Shown one piece after another: positions 1 to 10,400 of a stretch of DNA of 64,000 bases; the first letter of the stretch is position 1; each line of letters begins with the position of its first letter. The notes below the pieces were generated by a model. That model was not told where the DNA came from. It worked only from the letters and a program-made list of their open reading frames with translations, and searched no databases. Source of the stretch: a virus (taxonomy: Duplodnaviria > Caudoviricetes); IMG/VR virus record IMGVR_UViG_3300010348_001841, one strand, 5' to 3'. The position numbers were made by a program, and so were the translations under genes.

Positions 1-424
1 TTATTATAACTGATGATGTTGTCGGGCCGCCGCCAGCAGCTGATACTCTTGCAGTAGCCATATTACCAGAAGAGGTCCAACTTGTTCCATTGAATATCTC
101 TGTGGATGTTAGTGGAGAGGTTGGATTGCCACCGCTTACCATAGCCGAGGAACTACTTGCACCTCCGGATATATGATTAGCTCTGGCAGTAACCAAATTG
201 CCACCTGTAACCCAAACCGGGCCAGTTACTTTGGTCGTATTTCTGAAGGTACCCATACTAATTTGGCCGGAGGTAGCAATGGGACCGTAACCGCCATCTG
301 ATGTTCCAGAGGGCACATTTGCCCCTCCACGATAGTATGAACTTAAAGATACCGGGGCTGCTGGCCCGCCAAATTCCGTTTGAATTCCTGATTTTAGACC
401 AACGTTTGTAATAGGTACTGTCAT
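1..424 (-). CDS. Partial (runs off the window start) fibre-tip adhesin: gp38-like N-terminal adaptor followed by Kelch-like repeats
   Basis: Not in the ORF track. ATG at 424 overlaps the TAA of the upstream fibre gene (TAATG). Hand translation: MTVPITNVGLKSGIQTEFGGPAAPVSLSSYYRGGANVP...IATSGQISMGTF...WVTGGNLVTAR...STEIFNGTSWTSSGNMATAR, open to position 1. Confidence 0.75.
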   Translation of the reverse strand, partial: MTVPITNVGLKSGIQTEFGGPAAPVSLSSYYRGGANVPSGTSDGGYGPIATSGQISMGTFRNTTKVTGPVWVTGGNLVTARANHISGGASSSSAMVSGGNPTSPLTSTEIFNGTSWTSSGNMATARVSAAGGGPTTSSVII

Positions 425-3400
425 TAATTGCCCTTCAACAATAATATTTCAGACTTTAAATAAGAAATTTCGTCTTTAAGTTCCTTGATTGCTTCCACAA
501 GCAAACCAACCATATTGCCATAGGCAACGCCTTTCATTCCCGAATCAGACTCTGTTACTACCTCCGGTAATACCTTTTCAACTTCCTGCGCAATGACACC
601 TGCATGACGGTTTTGATTTGCAGAATCTTTTCTTGTAAATGTTACACCTCTTATTGAGGAAACTTTATCAAGGGCATTAGTAATTACTTCAATGTTATCC
701 TTTACTCTTATATCCGAGAATGCAGTAATATCTCCGGTGGCAACAATGGTTCCTGCAGTTGTGTTTGATGTTCCTACACCAAGAGCATTCATCTGATAAT
801 TATTACCGGTATTCAACGAATTTGCTGTTGTCGCAGTAGTTGCGGTTGTCGCAGATGTTGCACTGGTTGCTGTTGCTGCATTTCCCGTGACATTTATTGA
901 CCATGTACCCGATGCACCAGTACCTGTTAGTGTTGGGGCAAAAGAATTATAGTTTGCACTGTCAAGAGGTGTATTTCCTGCAAAACTTGGACGATGCTCA
1001 AACCACCAACGACTGCCGTTATCATTATATACACGAGATTGAAGTGCTAGGTCCGAGCGATTCAACGAAATTGAGTACGGGCCATTGCTGTTTGTTGTCA
1101 ACAACAATGGCAAAACACCACCGGAATTGATTGTAACCGTATTGGCCGCGCTAACAGTTCCGCCGAGGGAGATTGAACCATTACTTGCTCCTAATGCAAG
1201 AGGTCTAGCGGTAGTTGTTTCTGCAGCATCTGTTACATCAATTGCTACACCCGATCCTGCTGGCTGAGATGCAATTCTCAGTCTGTCACCTGTTGTGGAA
1301 AGAGCACGGAAGACATAGTTGCCAGGTGAAACACCGCCACCGGAGTAAACACCTCCGCTTAGAGTCGAAATTCCGGTAACACCAAGAGTGCTGTTTATCT
1401 GCAAGGCACCGGTCATTGTATCACCGGCTTTCAGCACGTTGTTTGTAGCTGTAGTTGCTGTGGCAGCATTACCCGAAATAGAAATGTTGTATGTACCTGT
1501 CAACCTTGCAACAGGAACAGTACCTGTACCTAATGTCGATGCATCAAGATTTGTTACAGGGATAGAAATATTTGCTGTTCCATCGAAGCTTGTTGCTGTA
1601 CCTGTTGCACCACCGGAAATCGCAATTGTTCTTGCGGTCTGCAATGCTGTTGCAGTTGTTGCATTTCCGCTAATTGCACCAGAAAAGCCTGTGGCAGTAA
1701 GAATACCAGTTGACGGGTTGAATGTAAGTTTTGTCGAAGAAACTTTTAGTGGATTATTTCCAGATGTAGCATCAACCCACGCTAGATATTTTGTTGCATT
1801 AGTGGTTGTATCATCGGTTATCGCTGTATTTGTTGCGTTAGTAGCCGATGTTGCTGTAGTAGCGGTTGATGCATTTCCTGTTAGACTACCGACAAACGTT
1901 GTAGAAGTTACAGAGGTCAATCCTGCAAGTGTTGTAGAAGTTCCACCGAGTGCAATGTTAGTTGTACCAATTGTGACAGAACTATTGTTCAATGCAGCAT
2001 TAGGAATTCCTGTGAAATTTGTACCGGTCAATGTAGGTGTATTAGACCAAGATGGTGAGCTTGCTCCTCCCACCAACACCTGAGATGTTGTACCAGCTGC
2101 CAAAAACGTTGTCGTGTTCGAAGCAGATTGATATGGTAATGATCCTGTTGCGCCACCGGCAATATTTGTTGCGGTAGTGGCCGTCGGAACCGATCCTGTT
2201 ACAGAAACTGTAATATTGCCAGTTGATCCAGATAAACCAATATTTGAACCTGCTGTTAGACTTGTTACACCGGTATTCGTAATTGTCACATTTCCTGTTG
2301 CTGACGAAACAGAAATGCCCGAACCCGCAACATTACTTAGAACTCCTGTATTAGAAACAACAAGACCAGTAATATCGATGCCCGACCCGGCAGTATATGA
2401 AGCTGAGCCAGAAATTTGGGTAAATGCAATCAGAGATGTTCCTACTGTTATAGGATTAGGTGTTGTCACTGCCCACTGTGTATTTGCAAGCGTGCCATTT
2501 ACAATGAATGTGTAATCTCCAGACCTTAGCTCCGATGCCGGAGAACCATCCATATCTGCACTTCTGGTCAATATCCAAGGTGTAGAAACAGAACCTAAAT
2601 CGGTAACGACATAGATACCATTTTCTACTTGGTTTGACTGATCTTTGACAAGAACTCTATCATTCAATGAAAGACTTGCATAACCGCCTACTGTACCAAG
2701 AGCGCCGTTTGCGTTAGCAGTCAACGTTGCACCGACACCCGATGCACCATTATTATATGTTGAGGCTGGTAAGGCTGCTGTGGTAGATGTAACACAGGAT
2801 GCATGAACATTTAGGCCCATTGCAACCAAGTCTACGTATTGCTTTGTTGCCGCACCGAGTGCTGCTACTGGATCGGCGTTCAGGATCAGATATCCTGTCA
2901 TTGTATCGCCGGCAACATCTACTGGAGTGAAACCAAGTGCAGTTGTAATATCTGTTGGTGTGACCGATGACGTTGCAGTTACCAGGCCTTTACCGTTTAC
3001 TGTTACTTTTCTAAATGCATTTGTTTGCGGCGATGCATTTACTGTTGCAAGTGTTAGTGTATCAGTTACATCTGCTGATCCATCAAAGAGCACCGACCAA
3101 GTGGCATCACCTGTTGCAGTAATGTTTCTTGCTGTTGTCAACGATGCTGCTGATCCGGTGAATGTACCTACAAAGGTTGTGGCAGAAACAGATGATAATC
3201 CCGATAGTGATGTAAGAGTTCCACCTAATGCTATAGTAGAAGAACCAATAGTAATTGAATTATTTACAAGTCCGGAATTTGGAATACCTGTAAAATTTGT
3301 TCCTGTTAGAGTTGGTGCATTAGACCACGAAGGCGAACTTGCACCGCCGATTAGGACTTGAGATGTAGATCCGGCACCAAGAAACGATGTTGTTGATGTT

Positions 3401-3888
3401 GCTGACTGGTAAGGTATTGCACCAGTTGAACCGCCGAGAATATTTGCTGCACTTCCGCCACCAGAAATAGAAATATTCGAAATGCTTGTAATTCTTCCCT
3501 TATCATCTACTGTAATAATAGGGACTTGAGATGCACTACCATATGTGCCCGGTGTGGCATTCACAGTTGCCAGAGTAACAGGAATGTTGCCGGAAGAGGC
3601 TACGCCTGTAGCATCACCAGAAAGAGATAGCGGAACACTAAATGTATAGGTATTTACACCAGGTGTGATAGTAATATTTTGTCCAGCAATAAATGCTGTA
3701 CTTAGATATGCTGAAATGTCAGCATTCAAGAATGAATTTTGCCATTCTTGGATTGTCGCATTATATCTTAGATATTGTCCTGTCTGTGGTGCGACAATAC
3801 TAACATCTGCGAGATCAGAAAGTCTCAATGACGATGGGCCGCCGCCCATATTACCCAATTGTACATTACCTGTTAGTTTGATAGGCAT
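424..3888 (-). CDS. Long tail fibre protein with C-terminal intramolecular chaperone (peptidase S74) domain
   Basis: T/G/S-rich repeats with GDTMTG and AATKQYVD fibre motifs. The C-terminal SDIRVKDNI...HAGVIAQEVEKVLPEVV...VAYGNMVGLLVEAIKEL is the S74 signature. Confidence 0.85.
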   Translation of the reverse strand: MPIKLTGNVQLGNMGGGPSSLRLSDLADVSIVAPQTGQYLRYNATIQEWQNSFLNADISAYLSTAFIAGQNITITPGVNTYTFSVPLSLSGDATGVASSGNIPVTLATVNATPGTYGSASQVPIITVDDKGRITSISNISISGGGSAANILGGSTGAIPYQSATSTTSFLGAGSTSQVLIGGASSPSWSNAPTLTGTNFTGIPNSGLVNNSITIGSSTIALGGTLTSLSGLSSVSATTFVGTFTGSAASLTTARNITATGDATWSVLFDGSADVTDTLTLATVNASPQTNAFRKVTVNGKGLVTATSSVTPTDITTALGFTPVDVAGDTMTGYLILNADPVAALGAATKQYVDLVAMGLNVHASCVTSTTAALPASTYNNGASGVGATLTANANGALGTVGGYASLSLNDRVLVKDQSNQVENGIYVVTDLGSVSTPWILTRSADMDGSPASELRSGDYTFIVNGTLANTQWAVTTPNPITVGTSLIAFTQISGSASYTAGSGIDITGLVVSNTGVLSNVAGSGISVSSATGNVTITNTGVTSLTAGSNIGLSGSTGNITVSVTGSVPTATTATNIAGGATGSLPYQSASNTTTFLAAGTTSQVLVGGASSPSWSNTPTLTGTNFTGIPNAALNNSSVTIGTTNIALGGTSTTLAGLTSVTSTTFVGSLTGNASTATTATSATNATNTAITDDTTTNATKYLAWVDATSGNNPLKVSSTKLTFNPSTGILTATGFSGAISGNATTATALQTARTIAISGGATGTATSFDGTANISIPVTNLDASTLGTGTVPVARLTGTYNISISGNAATATTATNNVLKAGDTMTGALQINSTLGVTGISTLSGGVYSGGGVSPGNYVFRALSTTGDRLRIASQPAGSGVAIDVTDAAETTTARPLALGASNGSISLGGTVSAANTVTINSGGVLPLLLTTNSNGPYSISLNRSDLALQSRVYNDNGSRWWFEHRPSFAGNTPLDSANYNSFAPTLTGTGASGTWSINVTGNAATATSATSATTATTATTANSLNTGNNYQMNALGVGTSNTTAGTIVATGDITAFSDIRVKDNIEVITNALDKVSSIRGVTFTRKDSANQNRHAGVIAQEVEKVLPEVVTESDSGMKGVAYGNMVGLLVEAIKELKDEISYLKSEILLLKGN

Positions 3889-3897
3889 TATGATTTC

Positions 3898-3958
3898 CTA
3901 CATAAGCCGATATGAGTTATCGGTGTTTCTATTATTTATCACCGATAACTCAATGTAG
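3898..3958 (-). promoter_or_regulatory. Late promoter GATAAATA (3933-3940) lying almost entirely in the loop of a 13-bp perfect inverted repeat
   Basis: tgagttatcggtg 3913-3925 pairs with caccgataactca 3940-3952. An outer ctacat/atgtag stem reaches the RBS. Confidence 0.7.
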
Positions 3959-3968
3959 CAATGTCTAA

Positions 3969-5411
3969 TCAGGATGTTGGGAATGCACCAGCCGGAACTG
4001 TAAAGTTTGCTGTATAACGGGCGTAACCTTTAGTAATTCGAATTTCGTCCATAAATCCAATAAAATCCACCGGGCCAGATGCCGGTAAGGTTCTTGATGG
4101 TCCGTAATAGTTGCCCATTGAATATGGAACTGCAATAGCAGCCCTGGTATTCGTATTGGTTGTTGTCGCTGTTTGTGTACCGTTGAGGAACATTCTAAAG
4201 GTGTTTCCACTTCTTGTTACCGCAATATGCTGCCATGTTCCTGCTGTAATTGAACCACCGGACATAATAATACCGGCACCGGGATCGGGGCCCCACAGGA
4301 ATTCAAGGCCACCGGCATTTGTTCTTAAGATAAATCCGACCAATGAAAGGGAAGATTGGTCCCATTGGGCTATCAATGAACGAACACCCGAAGTCTGCCC
4401 AGAAGTAAAATTGAACCACCCCTCAATTGTGAAATCACCTGTTAGAATGTTTCCTACTGTTGGAATTGGCGAATACACAGCACTGGTTTGTGTGGAAAGT
4501 GTTGTAAGCCACGAGCCAGTTGATGGGAAACTCAATGATCCCGAACCATACTTTACGGTACCCGTGCTAATCTGCATGCTGCCAGCAGTTACATAGTCGG
4601 ATTTCTTAGAATAATCAATAACACCTGCATTTGTATTTGTAAGAAGAATTGCAGTATTCGTAATATTTGTCAAAGGAGATGTAGAAGGTGTAAATGACGC
4701 GGTATATACAGCAGTACCATTTACTAATCTAAAATTAGAAATGTTACCGAATGCAAAACTTGCCGATGGAGATGCTCTATAACCCATTGCCGCACCATTT
4801 TGCGCAAATGCTACACCCGAAAATGTGGCAGAAGAGCTAATTAGATTTCCATTTAGGAATGCCCTTGTTGTACCTGATTGTCTCGAAACTGCTACGTGGT
4901 ACCACGTACCTGTGTTTACAGTTTGACCGGTAAAGGATGCTGTTGATCCACCTACCGCACCAATTTGAATCCCTGTAGGCGTTGCACCAAACCACATTGA
5001 TGTGCTACCAGGTGCTGTCAATGATGCATCAGATTGCCAAATAGGGAAAAAAGTGTTCGAAAACTGATTTACATAAATCCATGCTTCAACAGTAAAATCT
5101 GTTGATGCACCGATGGCATACGATGAAAAAGAAGGCATTGTTATGCAATCTAGGTTGCTTGTAGAATTGCCGCCGTTGAAGGCCATGGATGCCCAGCCGC
5201 TTGTTGTGTACGGAGCAAATGTACCAATTGTCGGTGCTCCGGTTCTCGTAATACTTCCCGAACCACCGGCAGTGAAAGTAAACGTATTGTTCTGTGATGC
5301 ATTTGCAGTACCGTTGCCATTGAGCAATGTAACCACATTGCTCCAATATGGATCAACGGATGGTACTGCACCAGTATAACCGGATCCCAATGTAGATTTT
5401 ACTGCGAACAT
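3969..5411 (-). CDS. Concanavalin A-like (LamG) double lectin-domain adhesin
   Basis: DPYWSNVVTLLNGNG, DFTVEAWIY, WYHVAVSR, GDFTIEGWF, GFMDEIRITKGYARYTANF motifs. Confidence 0.8.
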   Translation of the reverse strand: MFAVKSTLGSGYTGAVPSVDPYWSNVVTLLNGNGTANASQNNTFTFTAGGSGSITRTGAPTIGTFAPYTTSGWASMAFNGGNSTSNLDCITMPSFSSYAIGASTDFTVEAWIYVNQFSNTFFPIWQSDASLTAPGSTSMWFGATPTGIQIGAVGGSTASFTGQTVNTGTWYHVAVSRQSGTTRAFLNGNLISSSATFSGVAFAQNGAAMGYRASPSASFAFGNISNFRLVNGTAVYTASFTPSTSPLTNITNTAILLTNTNAGVIDYSKKSDYVTAGSMQISTGTVKYGSGSLSFPSTGSWLTTLSTQTSAVYSPIPTVGNILTGDFTIEGWFNFTSGQTSGVRSLIAQWDQSSLSLVGFILRTNAGGLEFLWGPDPGAGIIMSGGSITAGTWQHIAVTRSGNTFRMFLNGTQTATTTNTNTRAAIAVPYSMGNYYGPSRTLPASGPVDFIGFMDEIRITKGYARYTANFTVPAGAFPTS

Positions 5412-5420
5412 GTATTATCC

Positions 5421-6959
5421 TTAGAAATTCAATCCTGCAACAAAACCATACCAAGTGGTTCCATTATCTTTTGTAACTAGTGTAATGATATCTGCCTTGC
5501 CGTTTGCAGATGTCAATGTTGGAGCAGATCCGCCGGCCCATTTTACAGAAGCTGGCCATGTAACATTGAATGAACCTGTATACGCTAGGAAAAGTGTCAT
5601 GCTGTAAACACGGCCCGATGCTGGTACATTGGTAAACGACAATGTTGTAATGCTTGCGCCCATCGAAACAGTAAAGTTATTACCCAATGCGCAGTTGATA
5701 GAGGTAGATGCTGCTGCTGTAACTGCGGAATTCAATTCTGTGTAACGAGCACCAAAATCAACGCTTGTACCAGTTGCTGTTGTGATTGTTCCATCATTAG
5801 CAACACGCAATCTTTCTGTAACAGAACCAGTTACACCGGTCTGTAGCGCAATGTAGCCACCGACACCTACTGTGGTTGCAAAACCACCTGAAATAACAAC
5901 ATTTCCGCCGTTGCCTGATGTAGAACCGTTCTGTGAGTTACCGCCGCGAATTGTTACTGTACCACCATCGACTGAGTTTGTAGCTGTGTCGCCACCACGA
6001 ATATTGATTGCACCACCAACCCCCGCTCCAGATGCATCAGCGTGAATTGTAACTGTACCGGCTGTTGCACCAGGAGCACCAGGAGTTCCGCCACTTAATG
6101 TCAAGGCACCGCCGTTACCTGCCACAGACGAGGACCCACCAGTGACCGTCACCGAACCTGCTGCGGAAGCTGTATTACTTGTACCGCCGGAAATAAACAA
6201 TGCACCGGGTGTGCCGTTGGCAGGATTACCGGAACGAATTGTTAGACCGCCTGTACCATTGGTGCCGCCATCGGCACCTGCAAGAATACCTGCAAGATTT
6301 ACCTTATTTGTTCCGTCAAAAGTGAACGACGACGATCCTGCAAATGTACCCGATGAATTATACTGAATCTGAGTATCGGAACCACCAGGGGTACCACCTG
6401 TACTAATTGCCACACCGTTAATTGTTGGTGTTTGTTTGAAGTCTAAAACTCGTGTTGAGCGCGATACCGTAAACACCTGATTTTGTGTTGCACCGTTATC
6501 TGCTACAGCAGTAAATTCAAAATTGGTTCCCGAATTTGCGCCCGATTCTGCTACATTGTTTGCCTGAAGCAACCAACGATCGCTGCCCGCCGTTTGTAGC
6601 TTAATGGAACGATATGTGGCTGCCGAATTAGTTACAACCAATCCCTGATTGGTCAAGGTGCTTGTTGAAGTAATTGCACCAGTCGATTTATTTACTGTAA
6701 GAAATGCATTACCACCAAAAGTACCCGAATCGTTGTATTGGATCTGAGTATCAGATCCACCGGGTGTTCCTGCACCGATTGTGCTCCAGGAGACCACAGA
6801 GCCGTTTGTTGTTAGAACCTTTCCAGAATTTCCGGATTGTGTTGGCATCAATGCATTGATTGCATTTGGTGCTGTTGTCTGTCCGGTACCACCTTGCGAA
6901 ATTGGAAGTGGTCCGCCGTTTGATTGAACTAGAATATTGCCTGCAAATTGAACACCCAT
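5421..6959 (-). CDS. Tail fibre-like protein
   Basis: Duplicated PGGSDTQIQYN motif, Gly-rich GGxVxIxGG repeats and a C-terminal VTWPASVKWAGGSAPTLT...DIITL...WYG fibre-end domain. Confidence 0.7.
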   Translation of the reverse strand: MGVQFAGNILVQSNGGPLPISQGGTGQTTAPNAINALMPTQSGNSGKVLTTNGSVVSWSTIGAGTPGGSDTQIQYNDSGTFGGNAFLTVNKSTGAITSTSTLTNQGLVVTNSAATYRSIKLQTAGSDRWLLQANNVAESGANSGTNFEFTAVADNGATQNQVFTVSRSTRVLDFKQTPTINGVAISTGGTPGGSDTQIQYNSSGTFAGSSSFTFDGTNKVNLAGILAGADGGTNGTGGLTIRSGNPANGTPGALFISGGTSNTASAAGSVTVTGGSSSVAGNGGALTLSGGTPGAPGATAGTVTIHADASGAGVGGAINIRGGDTATNSVDGGTVTIRGGNSQNGSTSGNGGNVVISGGFATTVGVGGYIALQTGVTGSVTERLRVANDGTITTATGTSVDFGARYTELNSAVTAAASTSINCALGNNFTVSMGASITTLSFTNVPASGRVYSMTLFLAYTGSFNVTWPASVKWAGGSAPTLTSANGKADIITLVTKDNGTTWYGFVAGLNF

Positions 6960-6983
6960 TTTGTATCTCCAGCTGGTTTTTAT

Positions 6984-6991
6984 TATTTATC
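6984..6991 (-). promoter_or_regulatory. Late promoter GATAAATA
   Basis: tatttatc about 25 nt upstream of the 6959 start codon; same motif as at other structural genes. Confidence 0.6.
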
Positions 6992-7010
6992 TGTTATCAC
7001 GCATTAGATA

Positions 7011-7406
7011 TTAGATCACATTATATACATGGTTGGTTTGAACTACCACATCGGCAGTCGTGGTCTGATTTCCATTTCCTGTATCAGTAACGGTACATCT
7101 GAATGTTCCGTTATACTGATTTGATGTGCCAAGAACTGTAGGCGCGGCAGCAGTTCTTGTGAATGTCGTTGAAGCACTCGATGGTGAATTGATTGTGGCG
7201 TTTGTTCCAGATACAAATGTCCATGCATATGTAAAGGAGCCAACCCCGCCTGTAACGGAACAGGTACAAGATGAAGTTGCTACTGCCACCAGTCCACCCG
7301 AAACACTTGTAGTATTTGTACCAGTGACGGGATTAGGAGAATCGCTTGCCGAGAATGCCAGGGTGGCATTGGGCACCATAAGAAATGTCTGCAATATACC
7401 TGTCAT
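7011..7406 (-). CDS. Small Ig/PKD-like beta-sandwich protein, probable fibre-tip partner
   Basis: VTGGVGSFTYAWT...FRCTVTD Ig-like pattern; ATGA overlap with the upstream fibre gene. Confidence 0.55.
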   Translation of the reverse strand: MTGILQTFLMVPNATLAFSASDSPNPVTGTNTTSVSGGLVAVATSSCTCSVTGGVGSFTYAWTFVSGTNATINSPSSASTTFTRTAAAPTVLGTSNQYNGTFRCTVTDTGNGNQTTTADVVVQTNHVYNVI

Positions 7407-10400
7407 GTCAATCCTGCTCCGCTGATTACGAATTCATTGCTGGCAATACACAACACGGTACACAAACCTCTTTGTGCTAGTGTTCTATTTCCTGTACTTG
7501 CTGTTCCAGCAAATCTCAGTGTCACGCCGGATGCCTGTGTAATTGTTATATTTCCAGATGTATTGTTATAGATGGTTACTGCATCACCGATTGAGAATAC
7601 GCTTTGTGGGACTGTCACTCCAGAGGTAGCTGGTATGTGCTTACCCACATCAGATGCTGCAAGGTTTCCGCTTGTCGTCGATGATGCTGGTATTCTTTTC
7701 CATCCCAGTTCGAGGTTATTAGAATCGAGTATCTGCTTACCATCGGTCAATCTCAAGGCCTGTGCAAGAGAACCGCCGGCGGCCTTTGTGTAGAAAATCA
7801 TATCGCCGGCTTCGTTTCCCACCGAACCCGAAGTTGTTTGGCAATAGATTCTTGCCATCTGAACTTCACTGCTACTGTTGTTCCAGTTGGCAAAATTCAA
7901 TGCACCACCGTTTGTGCCCGTTGGGCCACCACGGAATACAACTTGCAAACCCTGACCACTGGTAGTCGACATACCGGTAAAACCACTGGTATCGTATCGG
8001 CCATATGGTGCGCCGCCTCCGGCCCAATAATCGCCGCCACCTTGGACAACTAATTGATCTGCTGCCGGTGCTTTTACTATTTGCCAACGGTGGCTATTAG
8101 CGACATCGGTAAATTGGATACCAGATGCATACCCATTTGCTGCTGCACCCACCCAGGCAATACCTGTCGATGTTTCGTATGTGTTCCAGGTGCCACGGGC
8201 CAACTGAACATCAAGTTTCTGTGCAGGTGTCTTACCAATTCCGAGTTGACCCGAAGAATCAAGTGTCACATGTGTAGTCGATCCGTTACCGGATAGCTCC
8301 AATGTGCTACCCACGACGCGTAGCTTGGCGCTGACACCTGTATCAGAATATCCAATGAGTGTTGCAGCAGAAGATTGAGATACTATTGCAGCATTCTGAT
8401 TTGTACCAACGCGCACAATGAACGGGACACTACCCAACGAAGGGGCGCCGGCACCGACCAATAATTGACCGGCGCTATCCAATTCCATATATTGGGTTAG
8501 TGTTGCACTGCCATTAGCGGTACCCGATGGACCATTGAACCAGCGGTGGCGTCCACTAATCTGCGAATACAATGTTGGTGCATCACCGGTGGTCAAATAA
8601 TTGAATGTATTCGTACCGCCTTCATATACACCGAATCCCAGGTTCGATGATCCGTTAGCCTGTGTCCAGAGGCTCACAAATGGACCGGTCTGTAGTGCAT
8701 ATGCGCCGGCGCGCCAATTTGCATTAGGCGTAACACCAATACCCACCATACCTGATGCAGCCTTAGTAAACTGAGTCGATGATCCCAAATAAACATTACT
8801 GTTCGATGCACCCAGAGTTAACGGTCTTGCTGTTGTTGTTTCGCCCGAATCAGTGACATCCATGCTAACACCAGATCCGGCCCCTAATGACGCGATGCGT
8901 AATCTATCACCGGTCGTACTCAGGGCACGCAGAACATAATTACCGGGTGCAATTCCGCCACCGATATTAGTTACGCCATTAAGCGTTGCTGTACCTGTTG
9001 CGCCTAATGTGCTATTAACCTGCAGGGCGCCGGTCATTGTATCGCCAGCTTTCAGTACATATGTTGAATTTACAAGTCCTGTGATATCACTTGCGACAAC
9101 TGCGGTTGTGCCCGAAACTCTGCCGTAAGAATCCCTAGTAAGTTTTAGAAATGTACCTGTTCCAGAATCAGTAACTGTTGCGAGATCAATATCATCAACA
9201 TTCACTACGATACGAGAACTGGATGCTGTGCCAACATTGAAAGTATTACCAGTCAGTGATAGACCAGCACCTGCTGTATAAGCACCTGCTGCTGAGAACT
9301 GCACGAATGTAATGGGATCAGTGCCCACTGTAACTACTGTTGCAGTTTCTGTCCAACCTGTATCGGACTGTGTTGATCCTGTGGTAACGAAAACCGCAGC
9401 ACCGTTGATTTCATCTATCGGTGTAACAGAATCAAAATCGGTTGCCCGTGTCCAGGAGCCCGACGCCGCAACATAGATACCATTTTGTGAAGTTGTATTT
9501 TGATTCTTTACAAGAACACGATTACCGGCAGTTACAGAAACACCATCGATTGTCTGAAGTCCCGAGAGAGTAATATTTGCTGTTGTGGCAACGAGAACAG
9601 GAGTTTTCCATGTTAAACCAGCGACTGCATTATCAACATATTGCTTTGTCGCAAAATTACTTGCTACGGTAGGATCGGCACCCACCACAGGATTATTGAA
9701 TGTCCAATTTCCTGTAATGGTTTCGTTAGAACCGACACGCGCTAGAATAGTACCGTCGGTAATTTGAGTTTCTGCAATCTGGATACTTGTGTTCGATGCT
9801 GCTGTGACAAGACCTTTGGCATTCACAGTAAATGTCGGTACCGACGATGCCGATCCCCATGATCCTACATTGCTGTTCACTGATGCGAGAGTAAGTCCTG
9901 CCGAAACATTTGTCGAACCATCAAAAGTAACTGTCCAATCGGCATCGCCGGTTGCAGTAATTGAACGACCGGTTGTGAGTGACGCTGCAGAACCAGTGGT
10001 ATTCTGATTTAAGGTTGGGAAATCACCGGCTACAGCGGCAACCATAGAAGTGCCATTGCCGCGTAGAATACCTGTTACCGTTGTTGATAATGTAATTGCT
10101 GGTGTAGAGGTTGATGTTGCTACCGAACCTGCAAAACCATTGTTTGTTACAACCGAAACACTTGTGACCGAACCTGCACCTGTAGTTGAAAAATATAAAT
10201 TACCTGCGCCGTCTGAAGTGAGAATTTCCCCGGAGGACCCTGTTGAGTTAGGAAAAGATAATGGACCCAATGATGGGGGCGTCCAGGAACCTGTGTCCCT
10301 AATCTTTAGTGCATTTGTTGCCGAATCAATCCATAGATCACCGTTCTGTACGGTGTATGAACCTGTGGGATCCGAACTACCCTGATATAGAGTAGTTCCG

